Positions 1-8,394 of a stretch of 39,073 bases of DNA are shown here, piece after piece. The notes below the pieces were generated by a model, which saw only the letters and a program-made list of their open reading frames with translations, ran no database searches and was not told the DNA's origin. Made by a program: the position numbers and the translations under genes. Numbering within the stretch: position 1 is the first letter of the stretch; the number at the start of each line of letters is the position of its first letter. The stretch lies in IMG/VR virus record IMGVR_UViG_2869976549_000001; one strand, 5' to 3'. This DNA comes from a virus (Duplodnaviria; Heunggongvirae; Uroviricota; Caudoviricetes).

Positions 1-303
1 ATGAGCAGAAAAACCCAACGTTACTCTAAAGAGTTCAAAGCCGAAGCTGTCAGAACGGTTCCTGAAAATCAACTTTCGATCAGTGAAGGCGCTTCCCGAT
101 TATCTCTTCCTGAAGGCACTTTAGGACAATGGGTTACCGCCGCCAGAAAAGGGCTCGGTACTCCTGGTTCCCGCACGGTGGCTGAACTGGAATCTGAAAT
201 TCTGCAACTGCGTAAGGCGTTAAATGAAGCTCGCCTTGAGCGAGATATATTAAAAAAAGCAACAGCGTATTTTGCACAGGAGTCGCTGAAAAATACGCGT
301 TAA
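1..303 (+). CDS. IS600 transposase OrfA (HTH part)
   Basis: 100-aa ORF MSRKTQRYSKEFKAEAV...; A-run slippery site at 252-258 for -1 frameshift into orfB. Confidence 0.85.
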   Translation: MSRKTQRYSKEFKAEAVRTVPENQLSISEGASRLSLPEGTLGQWVTAARKGLGTPGSRTVAELESEILQLRKALNEARLERDILKKATAYFAQESLKNTR

Positions 304-338
304 TCGAACAATGGCGACAACAATTTCCCATTGAAGCG

Positions 339-1157
339 ATGTGTCAGGTATTTGGTGTATCCAGGAGCGGTTATTACAACTGGGTACAGCATGAACCCTC
401 AGACAGAAAACAAAGTGATGAGCGGCTAAAACTGGAGATTAAGGTGGCACATATCCGCACTCGCGAAACATATGGAACCCGGCGGCTCCAGACGGAGCTG
501 GCAGAGAATGGCATCATCGTTGGTCGTGACCGACTGGCACGTCTTCGTAAGGAGCTAAGGCTACGCTGTAAGCAGAAACGCAAGTTCAGAGCGACTACGA
601 ACTCGAACCACAATCTGCCAGTTGCGCCAAATCTGCTGAACCAGACGTTCGCTCCTACAGCACCAAATCAGGTCTGGGTGGCGGACCTGACGTATGTTGC
701 CACACAGGAGGGATGGTTGTACCTCGCTGGCATCAAAGATGTTTATACGTGCGAAATTGTCGGCTACGCCATGGGAGAGCGCATGACAAAAGAGCTGACA
801 GGTAAAGCCCTGTTTATGGCGCTCAGGAGCCAGCGCCCACCTGCCGGGCTAATCCACCACTCTGATCGAGGTTCACAGTACTGCGCATACGATTACCGGG
901 TCATACAGGAGCAGTCTGGTCTGAAAACATCAATGTCGCGTAAAGGTAACTGTTACGACAACGCTCCGATGGAAAGCTTCTGGGGAACGCTGAAAAATGA
1001 GAGCCTGAGCCACTATCGTTTTAATAACCGGGATGAAGCCATCTCAGTAATACGGGAATACATTGAGATTTTCTACAATCGTCAGCGTCGTCACTCTCGT
1101 CTGGGGAATATCTCCCCGGCAGCCTTCAGGGAAAAATATCATCAGATGGCTGCTTAA
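339..1157 (+). CDS. IS600 transposase OrfB (DDE catalytic part)
   Basis: 272-aa ORF in the -1 frame relative to orfA; IS3-family integrase-core motifs (HSDRGSQY, NAPMESFWG). Confidence 0.85.
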   Translation: MCQVFGVSRSGYYNWVQHEPSDRKQSDERLKLEIKVAHIRTRETYGTRRLQTELAENGIIVGRDRLARLRKELRLRCKQKRKFRATTNSNHNLPVAPNLLNQTFAPTAPNQVWVADLTYVATQEGWLYLAGIKDVYTCEIVGYAMGERMTKELTGKALFMALRSQRPPAGLIHHSDRGSQYCAYDYRVIQEQSGLKTSMSRKGNCYDNAPMESFWGTLKNESLSHYRFNNRDEAISVIREYIEIFYNRQRRHSRLGNISPAAFREKYHQMAA

Positions 1158-1200
1158 AAAAAGAACAAATGGTAGTGTCCGCTATTGCCAGTACACCTCA

Positions 1201-1549
1201 ATTGCTCTGCGGCTTCGCTCAGAGCTGGCGTATGTTCCCGGCCTACTGATTCACACAGGTAATCAACGAAACCGGACACCAGTTTTCGTTCGCGAGGCGT
1301 GATCGCCCCACCGACCGGAGTCCAGTAATCGAAACCCAGTTGCAGGAGTTTGAAAAAACGCTTGTGGAATGCGTAGTTACACACACGCTTAAAGTCTGCG
1401 TGTATCCACTCACCTATTTTGATTTGATGCAGAAAATCGCAACTCTCCGGCGTCGCCGGGAGAAGTAATCCGGAAGAGGTTTGTTTGACCAGTTGTATAT
1501 GTGCCATCGGCTTTCTCCGGTGGCACGGTGTTACACAGCAGGAGTTCAA
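1201..1549 (-). pseudogene. Hypothetical prophage protein, 3' end truncated by IS600 copy 1
   Basis: Minus-strand ORF 1154..1549 runs from unique DNA into the IS600 right end, so its last residues are IS-encoded; start overlaps the upstream ORF stop (ATGA coupling at 1546-1549). Confidence 0.35.
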
Positions 1550-1833
1550 TCCTGCTCAAGATTGTAGATGAGTTTATTCTTCAGCAAAAGCAGAAAACCA
1601 GCCTTAAAACCAATCTCTTTCAAAACCCGTAATGATGTGACAAATTCGTCCTCACGCAAAATAAAACCGTCCGTCAGAAGTCCATTACAAAAATAAAATA
1701 ACACAGCACCGCTCTTCCTTTGTTGAGATTGCAAACATCTAATGCGGCAATGGCTGACAATCGCTCCATTCTCAACGCGCACAGCATAGAGGCCATTTTC
1801 ACTAAAAATTTCACGCAATTCTTCGATTTTCAT
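1546..1833 (-). CDS. Hypothetical prophage protein (95 aa)
   Basis: ORF translationally coupled to the downstream ORF; no family recognised. Confidence 0.3.
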   Translation of the reverse strand: MKIEELREIFSENGLYAVRVENGAIVSHCRIRCLQSQQRKSGAVLFYFCNGLLTDGFILREDEFVTSLRVLKEIGFKAGFLLLLKNKLIYNLEQD

Positions 1834-2082
1834 CTTCAGAATCCTTCCAGATAAATAGCTCTCCCCTGTTCGGGGTCCATCCCTCTTCTCCCTGCGCGCT
1901 ACTTAAGTGAGTCGATTCTATCTGCGAAGGTGCGCGAATCAAATTCACCGGAAATAAACAACAAAAAACCCGCCGAAACGCTGAGAGATCACAGCGATGG
2001 GCGGGTTAAGTGCGGGTGCGTTGAGGATGCCTGACACATCAGAGGTGGGCGGGGATGGGATCAGCTCCCCGCCCGGTCACTC

Positions 2083-2238
2083 TTACTTCCTGGATTCGTA
2101 GTCTACGAAGACAGCGACCTCCGTCTGGCCGGTTCGGATTCGTACCTCACAGAGGTCTTTCCTCGTTACCAGTGCCGTCACTATGACGGTTAAACAGATG
2201 ACGATCAGGGCGATTAACATCGCCTTTTGCTGCTTCAT
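2083..2238 (-). CDS. hok: Hok/Gef-family membrane toxin (type I toxin; HokD/RelF-like)
   Basis: 51-aa product MKQQKAMLIALIVICLTVIVTALVTRKDLCEVRIRTGQTEVAVFVDYESRK: single TM helix plus the conserved LCE(V/I)RI...EVAAF-type Hok core. The listed ORF (2083..2295) is a 5' extension, possibly the overlapping mok-like frame. Confidence 0.75.
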   Translation of the reverse strand: MKQQKAMLIALIVICLTVIVTALVTRKDLCEVRIRTGQTEVAVFVDYESRK

Positions 2239-2465
2239 AGCCTGCTTCTCCTTGCCTTTCGGCATGTAAGAGGCTAACCTACATGTGCAAAGCATGAAAT
2301 TGGCCTCAGATTAATGTTAAGCGTCTTGCCGGACGCGTAATGTTAACTGGGGCTTTTCTCTATCTGCCTTTTGGTGTTCATGCCTGAAGCAGATAGCCTC
2401 AAGCACCCGCAGTCATTCTACTTACCTCGCCAATATGAAATCAATCAGAAAGGTGCCCCATAAAA

Positions 2466-3152
2466 TCACTCCTTCTCTTCTTTACCGTAGTGGAGTTGAC
2501 CAATTTTGATAAGAGGGCGTCCCTGAGATTTGCGGTGTAGATTGGTATCGCGCAGAGAATACACACAGCCACAATATTCCTGCTGATAGAATTTTTCGCG
2601 CTTGCTGATTTCAATCATACGGGACGAGCCGCCCTGCTTGCGCCAGTTATAATCCCAGTACACCATGCCCGGATAATGCGCGACGGCTCGCCGCCCACAG
2701 TCGTTAACCTGCTGCATATTTTTCCAGCGTGAAATGCCCAGTGAACTGCTGATCACACTGAAACCATTTTCAGCGGCGTACAGCGCTGTCCGCTCAAAAC
2801 GCATGTCAAAACACATGGTGCAACGGATCCCTCGTTCGGGCTCCCATTCCATTCCTTTGGCTCGTTCAAACCAGTTGTCTGTGTCGTAATCAGCATCAAT
2901 AAACGGCACGCCGTGTTGTTCAGCAAAGCGAATATTCTCATCCTTACGAATTAAATACTCTTTCTGAGGATGAATGTTCGGGTTGTAGAAAAAGATGGTG
3001 TAGTCGATTCCCGAGGCCTGAAGCGCCTCCATCACCTCACCGGAACATGGAGCACAGCAAGAGTGCAGTAGTAGTTTGTTTGCCCCGTTTGGGAGCTCCA
3101 ATTTGGGCCGTTTGAAATCAGCAACTGTCATAAATATGTTTATTGGGGTCAT
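2466..3152 (-). CDS. queH: DUF208 / QueH-like epoxyqueuosine-reductase-family Fe-S protein
   Basis: [11 protein letters not shown] motif near the N-terminus plus downstream RCxxCF and YCGC cysteine motifs typical of QueH. Start codon uncertain (alternative Met at about 3131). Confidence 0.55.
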   Translation of the reverse strand: MTPINIFMTVADFKRPKLELPNGANKLLLHSCCAPCSGEVMEALQASGIDYTIFFYNPNIHPQKEYLIRKDENIRFAEQHGVPFIDADYDTDNWFERAKGMEWEPERGIRCTMCFDMRFERTALYAAENGFSVISSSLGISRWKNMQQVNDCGRRAVAHYPGMVYWDYNWRKQGGSSRMIEISKREKFYQQEYCGCVYSLRDTNLHRKSQGRPLIKIGQLHYGKEEKE

Positions 3153-3299
3153 AAAAATATCAAAGAGTGTAGCATTAGAACGGGGCTATCGGAAACAGAT
3201 GTGTGACTGCTCCCCGCCCTTTCGGGTGGTCTCCTGATGATTTGAGGGTGCAGAAATCCCTCCGGTTAAGGATTAAATTTTTAACAGTGCTAAATTTAA

Positions 3300-3713
3300 T
3301 TATTCAGTTCTGGATTTTGTCGCCCTGCGTATCCGCGCTTTCGCGTTACGCTCAATCTGTATCAGCTTTTCTATATTTCTCCGCCTTTCCTGTTCCTCCT
3401 GGCGCAATAGCCTTACATCATCTGCCAGTCTGGTTTCTCTTTTTGCCACAGAGAGCATCCAGTCAAACGGCTCCACAACCGCACCGCAGATTTTACAGCG
3501 GACCTGACGCTCTTTTTCGTCAACCCGTACAGAGGCGTGATGGCAATATGGTCTTTCCGATGGCTCATAAAGAAAATTAACCTGATTACGAGGGTCATCC
3601 TCTTTTACCGGAAATAAAACGATATTGCTTAACTCATCTTCTGGTTTTATTTCCATGCTCCTCTCCTTTGATGCGAATGCCAGCGGTAATTGAAGCCTGA
3701 TAGCTAATTTCAT
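3300..3713 (-). CDS. Hypothetical prophage protein with C-x16-C-x2-C cysteine cluster and basic coiled C-terminus
   Basis: 137-aa ORF abutting the upstream gene stop; possible alternative start at about 3656. Confidence 0.35.
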   Translation of the reverse strand: MKLAIRLQLPLAFASKERSMEIKPEDELSNIVLFPVKEDDPRNQVNFLYEPSERPYCHHASVRVDEKERQVRCKICGAVVEPFDWMLSVAKRETRLADDVRLLRQEEQERRRNIEKLIQIERNAKARIRRATKSRTE

Positions 3714-4136
3714 TCACAGTATCGCCTCCTGAAAATTACCCTGATAGAAAGCCAGTACACGCTGCATAGCTTCGCTCTTCCGGCACTCGCGACAGATTAT
3801 ATTCAGGCGCCTGTCGTAGCGGCGTATTTCTCCGTCAGGTAATGACCAGATAAGGTCCGGATCAACAACAACCGGTTTCCTCACCTTTACTCTCGAGAGT
3901 TTTTTGCGGGCGCTTTGCCAGTCCTTGCGAGCCTGTTCAGACGGGAATAAGCCGTAGCCAGAATTATATACATCACCACTTGCGACCAGTTCTATGCATA
4001 AGCGACCGACAGACGCACGACTGATACCTGTTTCATCTGACAACTGCCGAATCGTGACCCGACCGTCCTGATGCACGAGTTCCACAATTCGCGTCTTCAG
4101 TTCTTCCCGCTGTTCGGGAGTAAAAGGTTTCGCCAT
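3714..4136 (-). CDS. Hypothetical prophage protein (140 aa), in the position of Rac YdaW
   Basis: ORF immediately downstream of the DnaC-like gene, same strand, 14-bp gap. Confidence 0.4.
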   Translation of the reverse strand: MAKPFTPEQREELKTRIVELVHQDGRVTIRQLSDETGISRASVGRLCIELVASGDVYNSGYGLFPSEQARKDWQSARKKLSRVKVRKPVVVDPDLIWSLPDGEIRRYDRRLNIICRECRKSEAMQRVLAFYQGNFQEAIL

Positions 4137-4150
4137 AAATCCTCCTGAAA

Positions 4151-4897
4151 CTACTTAACAACCCTCGAATGGCTAACATTCGGACGCCAGCTCTCCCAGT
4201 TAAAATTCACCCAGCGCCCGCCGTTCATGACCATGCGATCCATCACCCGCTCGCCGAGCAATGTTTTCATCACCTCATAGTTCAGGTTTGTCAGCATCCC
4301 CACGCTGCGCATCGACGCTGTCCGGCGATCAACAATCTGGTGCAGCACCACCTGCTCGTTTTTCGTCTCGCGCTGAATGCCAATTTCATCAAGAACCAGC
4401 AGATCCACTTCGCACAGCTCCCGCAAAAATTTTTCGCCTGACTGCCCGTCGTCATAGCTGGCGTGCAGGGCGCTCATAACATCAGCCACGGTAACCACAA
4501 TCACTGTCTGACCGTCTTTCAGCAGGCGATTCCCGATAGCTGCCGCTAAGTGATTCTTCCCGGTACCAGGTTTTCCGCTGAACGCAAAATTTGTACACCC
4601 GGTCATCAGTTCATCGGCGATGGATTTCGCCTGGCTTAACGCGTATCGCTGGCCGTCGTTCTGCACCTGGTAATTCGCAAACGAGCATTTACGGTGCAAC
4701 GGCTGGATGCCTGAGCGATTCAGAATTTTTTCCACCCGCAACTGGCGATTCAGGCGGTTGATCTCCTCGCTACGTTTCTGGCCTTCAGCAAGTTGCCACT
4801 CGCGCCACTCCGCTACCGTTCTGAATGGGGCGGTTACATGTGGCGGGGTCAGTCGGCGGATGCGTTCCAGAACGCCGCCTGTCGCAATATTTTTCAT
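4151..4897 (-). CDS. ydaV: DnaC-like replication ATPase / helicase loader (YdaV-like)
   Basis: 248 aa; Walker A GKPGTGKNHLAAAIG and Walker B DLLVLDEIG, IstB/DnaC family; sits 6 bp after the initiator stop. Confidence 0.8.
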   Translation of the reverse strand: MKNIATGGVLERIRRLTPPHVTAPFRTVAEWREWQLAEGQKRSEEINRLNRQLRVEKILNRSGIQPLHRKCSFANYQVQNDGQRYALSQAKSIADELMTGCTNFAFSGKPGTGKNHLAAAIGNRLLKDGQTVIVVTVADVMSALHASYDDGQSGEKFLRELCEVDLLVLDEIGIQRETKNEQVVLHQIVDRRTASMRSVGMLTNLNYEVMKTLLGERVMDRMVMNGGRWVNFNWESWRPNVSHSRVVK

Positions 4898-5251
4898 GGT
4901 CCGTTACCCCCTGAAGCCTGGCGGGATCGCACTGTCCGGCAACGAGACGGTGTTAACCTGTCGGAGCAACGTCTCAGGCCGAACACCTTTCGGCGCGAAC
5001 AGGCCCTGGTATTCATTGGCGATGCTGTGTCGAATCACCTGCTCAGGTGTAAAACCCTGCTGACGGAATTTTTCCAGTTCCCGTATCGCCCCGTTAGCGC
5101 CCTGCTCCGTTCGAATCGGTTTTCGCAATGCCTGTCTGAACCGGACCCACTCATGCCAGAGTGTTTCCGGCAACCAATCGGGCAGCTCAATAGCCTCCGG
5201 CTCGAATTTTTTAGACGCTCGTTTTTGGCGAGGGGGAGATCAGTATTTAGA

Positions 5252-5302
5252 TCTTCCTCTTCCTCTTCCTCTTCCTCTTCCTCTTCCTCTTCCTCTTCCT
5301 CT
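5252..5302. repeat. Hexanucleotide tandem repeat (TCTTCC) x8.5; encodes a poly-Glu linker on the minus strand
   Basis: Perfect tandem copies 5252-5299 plus partial copy; in frame (GAG GAA)n on the minus strand inside the initiator gene. Confidence 0.9.
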
Positions 5303-5326
5303 GGTAACGCTTTTTGATCCGTTTGT

Positions 5327-5345
5327 GTAACGCTGGCAGCGTTAC
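5327..5345. promoter_or_regulatory. Palindrome GTAACGC-N5-GCGTTAC, copy 1 of 3 (candidate origin/operator site)
   Basis: GTAACGCTGGCAGCGTTAC next to the poly-Glu repeat; an extra GTAACGC half-site at 5304-5310. Confidence 0.4.
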
Positions 5346-5535
5346 CTTTTCGTTTCAGTTCGCGTATTTTTGTTACTCGCTCGTTTGTAACCGCCCGTTT
5401 TTTTTAGAGCTTTTTCCGTTATGACGTTCAAAGTTAGGTAGAGAAAGCCCTCCGTCATTTTCGACCAGCCATCCAACCTGAATTAACGCATCAGCAAAAC
5501 CAGACATAAAAGTGATGCGATCTATTGCACTTTTT

Positions 5536-5554
5536 GTAACGCCGCGAGCGTTAC
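5536..5554. promoter_or_regulatory. Palindrome GTAACGC-N5-GCGTTAC, copy 2 of 3
   Basis: GTAACGCCGCGAGCGTTAC inside the 5' part of the initiator gene. Confidence 0.4.
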
Positions 5555-5581
5555 AATCTGCATTACCGTCTGGATTTGCCC

Positions 5582-6487
5582 CTATATTTCCAGACATCTG
5601 TTATCACTTAACCCATTACAAGCCCGCTGCCGCAGATATTCCCGTGGCGAGCGATAACCCAGCGCACTATGCGGATGCCATTCGTTATAATGCTCGAACG
5701 CCTCTGCAAGGTTCTTTGCTGCCGTTAACCCGTCTGGTTTGGGCATGATACTGATGTAGTCACGCTTTATCGTTTTCACGAAGCTCTCTGCTATTCCGTT
5801 ACTCTCCGGACTCCGCACCGCCGTGTTCTTCGGTTCAAGTCCCAACATCCGGGCGAACTGGCGTGTTTCATTAGCCCGGTAGCATGAACCATTATCCGTC
5901 AGCCACTCCACTGGAGACGACGGAAGATCGTTGCCGAAGCGGCGTTCCACCGCTCCCAGCATGACGTCCTGTACTGTTTCACTGTTGAAGCCGCCGGTAG
6001 TCACCGCCCAGTGCAGTGCCTCACGATCACAGCAGTCCAGCGCGAACGTGACACGCAGTCTCTCTCCGTTATCACAGCAGAACTCGAACCCGTCAGAGCA
6101 CCATCGCTGATTGCTTTCTTTCACGGCCACTCTGCCTGTATGTGCCCGTTTCGATGGCGGTACAGCAGGTTTTCGCTCAAGCAACAGCGCATTCTGGCGC
6201 ATGATCCGGTAAACACGTTTGGCATTGATCGCAGGCATACCATCAAGTTCTGCCTGTCTGCGAAGCAGCGCCCATACCCGACGATAACCATACGTGGGCA
6301 GCTCTCCGATAACATGGTGTATACGGAGAAGCACATCCGTATCATCAGTGTGACGACTGCGGCGGCCATCCATCCAGTCATCGGTTCGTCTGAGAATGAC
6401 GTGCAACTGCGCACGCGACCCCCGGAGACAACGGCTGACTAAGCTTACTCCCCATCCCCGGGCAATAAGGGCGCGTGCGCTATCCAC
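5582..6487 (-). CDS. insD: IS2 transposase InsD (OrfB)
   Basis: 301-aa ORF, DDE integrase-core motifs; identical to the copy at 14057..14962. Confidence 0.9.
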
Positions 6488-6810
6488 TTTTTTGCCCGTC
6501 CATATTCAACGGCTTCTTTGAGGAGTTCATTTTCCATCGTTTTCTTGCCGAGCAGGCGCTGGAGTTCTTTAATCTGCTTCATGGCGGCAGCAAGTTCAGA
6601 GGCAGGAACAACCTGTTCTCCGGCGGCGACAGCAGTAAGACTTCCTTCCTGGTATTGCTTACGCCAGAGAAATAACTGGCTGGCTGCTACACCATGTTGC
6701 CGGGCAACGAGGGAGACCGTCATCCCCGGTTCAAAGCTCTGCTGAACAATTGCGATCTTTTCCTGTGTGGTACGCCGTCTGCGTTTCTCCGGCCCTAAGA
6801 CATCAATCAT
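6445..6810 (-). CDS. insC: IS2 InsC (OrfA, HTH)
   Basis: 121-aa product from Met [13 protein letters not shown]...; the listed ORF has a 15-aa 5' extension. Confidence 0.85.
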
Positions 6811-6901
6811 CTGTACTCCAATGACTAGTCTAAAAACTAGTATTAAGACTATCACTTATTTAAGTGATACTGGTTGTCTGGAGATTCAGGGGGCCAGTCT
6901 A

Positions 6902-6946
6902 CCGTCTATCATTTGTTGATCCGCCCATGCCCAGAAGCGAATAACC
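6902..6946 (-). pseudogene. 45-bp internal fragment of the replication initiator gene, stranded between IS2 and IS600
   Basis: After excising both IS elements and one copy of each duplication, the fragment reads in frame (...VIRFWAWADQQMID...) between the 8211-8317 and 5373-5570 segments. Confidence 0.55.
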
Positions 6947-7010
6947 TGAGGTAGCCTGAGTTTAACGGACACTCCTTCCTGAAATAGAATGGCATCAGAA
7001 GGAGCTAATA

Positions 7011-7313
7011 ATGAGCAGAAAAACCCAACGTTACTCTAAAGAGTTCAAAGCCGAAGCTGTCAGAACGGTTCCTGAAAATCAACTTTCGATCAGTGAAGGC
7101 GCTTCCCGATTATCTCTTCCTGAAGGCACTTTAGGACAATGGGTTACCGCCGCCAGAAAAGGGCTCGGTACTCCTGGTTCCCGCACGGTGGCTGAACTGG
7201 AATCTGAAATTCTGCAACTGCGTAAGGCGTTAAATGAAGCTCGCCTTGAGCGAGATATATTAAAAAAAGCAACAGCGTATTTTGCACAGGAGTCGCTGAA
7301 AAATACGCGTTAA
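7011..7313 (+). CDS. IS600 transposase OrfA
   Basis: Identical to 1..303. Confidence 0.9.
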   Translation: MSRKTQRYSKEFKAEAVRTVPENQLSISEGASRLSLPEGTLGQWVTAARKGLGTPGSRTVAELESEILQLRKALNEARLERDILKKATAYFAQESLKNTR

Positions 7314-7348
7314 TCGAACAATGGCGACAACAATTTCCCATTGAAGCG

Positions 7349-8167
7349 ATGTGTCAGGTATTTGGTGTATCCAGGAGCGGTTATTACAACTGGGTACAGC
7401 ATGAACCCTCAGACAGAAAACAAAGTGATGAGCGGCTAAAACTGGAGATTAAGGTGGCACATATCCGCACTCGCGAAACATATGGAACCCGGCGGCTCCA
7501 GACGGAGCTGGCAGAGAATGGCATCATCGTTGGTCGTGACCGACTGGCACGTCTTCGTAAGGAGCTAAGGCTACGCTGTAAGCAGAAACGCAAGTTCAGA
7601 GCGACTACGAACTCGAACCACAATCTGCCAGTTGCGCCAAATCTGCTGAACCAGACGTTCGCTCCTACAGCACCAAATCAGGTCTGGGTGGCGGACCTGA
7701 CGTATGTTGCCACACAGGAGGGATGGTTGTACCTCGCTGGCATCAAAGATGTTTATACGTGCGAAATTGTCGGCTACGCCATGGGAGAGCGCATGACAAA
7801 AGAGCTGACAGGTAAAGCCCTGTTTATGGCGCTCAGGAGCCAGCGCCCACCTGCCGGGCTAATCCACCACTCTGATCGAGGTTCACAGTACTGCGCATAC
7901 GATTACCGGGTCATACAGGAGCAGTCTGGTCTGAAAACATCAATGTCGCGTAAAGGTAACTGTTACGACAACGCTCCGATGGAAAGCTTCTGGGGAACGC
8001 TGAAAAATGAGAGCCTGAGCCACTATCGTTTTAATAACCGGGATGAAGCCATCTCAGTAATACGGGAATACATTGAGATTTTCTACAATCGTCAGCGTCG
8101 TCACTCTCGTCTGGGGAATATCTCCCCGGCAGCCTTCAGGGAAAAATATCATCAGATGGCTGCTTAA
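7349..8167 (+). CDS. IS600 transposase OrfB
   Basis: Identical to 339..1157. Confidence 0.9.
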   Translation: MCQVFGVSRSGYYNWVQHEPSDRKQSDERLKLEIKVAHIRTRETYGTRRLQTELAENGIIVGRDRLARLRKELRLRCKQKRKFRATTNSNHNLPVAPNLLNQTFAPTAPNQVWVADLTYVATQEGWLYLAGIKDVYTCEIVGYAMGERMTKELTGKALFMALRSQRPPAGLIHHSDRGSQYCAYDYRVIQEQSGLKTSMSRKGNCYDNAPMESFWGTLKNESLSHYRFNNRDEAISVIREYIEIFYNRQRRHSRLGNISPAAFREKYHQMAA

Positions 8168-8210
8168 AAAAAGAACAAATGGTAGTGTCCGCTATTGCCA
8201 GTACACCTCA

Positions 8211-8317
8211 ACCTTCCCTAATGCGGCATCTGGATCAATATTCAGAATCTCAGCAAGCCTGAATATTTCCGGCTTATCCGGCGTAATAACCTCGAGCTTT
8301 ATCCAGTTTGAAGCCAT
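8211..8317 (-). pseudogene. N-terminal fragment of the replication initiator (YdaU-like): MASNWIKLEVITPDKPEIFRLAEILNIDPDAALGKV
   Basis: ATG at 8317..8315 preceded by RBS AAGGTG; reading frame continues across the IS600 and IS2 insertion sites once the elements are removed. Confidence 0.55.
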
Positions 8318-8330
8318 TTGTTTTCACCTT

Positions 8331-8349
8331 GTAACGCTCGCAGCGTTAC
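8331..8349. promoter_or_regulatory. Palindrome GTAACGC-N5-GCGTTAC, copy 3 of 3, directly upstream of the initiator RBS
   Basis: GTAACGCTCGCAGCGTTAC abutting the AAGGTG RBS (rc of 8325-8330) of the initiator start at 8317. Confidence 0.4.
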
Positions 8350-8394
8350 ATTTAACTGATACCGAACAAAACAATCCGGCACGATTAATTTCAA

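Larger units (their letters stand above)
1..1200 (+). mobile_element. IS600 (IS3 family), copy 1; left terminus lies outside the window
   Basis: Sequence identical to the complete copy at 6947..8210 from orfA onward; right end ...GTACACCTCA at 1200, after which copies diverge. Confidence 0.85.
4904..5570 (-). pseudogene. Phage replication initiator / replisome organiser (YdaU-like), C-terminal part; disrupted by IS2 and IS600 insertions and by two homopolymer frameshifts
   Basis: Coding information continues through three frames (5373..5570; 5214/5237..5405; 4904..5237). Adding one base to the T8 run (5398-5405) and one base to the G5 run (5232-5236) or T6 run (5208-5213) joins them into one ORF with a poly-Glu linker. 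Confidence 0.55.
5571..6901 (-). mobile_element. IS2 (IS3 family), copy 1, 1331 bp, with 5-bp target-site duplication CCGTC
   Basis: Ends TGGATTTGCCCCTAT... (5571) and ...GGGGGCCAGTCTA (6901); flanking direct repeats CCGTC at 5566-5570 and 6902-6906; inserted in the initiator gene. Confidence 0.92.
6947..8210 (+). mobile_element. IS600, copy 2, complete 1264 bp, with 3-bp target-site duplication ACC
   Basis: Ends TGAGGTAGCCTGAG... / ...GTACACCTCA; ACC at 6944-6946 and 8211-8213; inserted in the initiator gene 45 bp from the IS2 site. Confidence 0.92.

Noticed and set aside
134-613. Short ORFs antisense within IS600 (and their copies at 7144, 7384, 10080, 10320, 33617, 33899)
   Set aside because: They recur only because the IS is repeated and overlap the transposase genes.
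5252-5302. Possible CRISPR-like array from the short tandem repeat
   Set aside because: Contiguous 6-bp units without spacers, in frame within a coding region; this is a simple sequence repeat, not a CRISPR array.
4793-5317. 174-aa plus-strand ORF ending in a poly-Ser run
   Set aside because: It is the antisense reading of the (GAAGAG)n poly-Glu repeat and of the minus-strand replication genes; no independent support.
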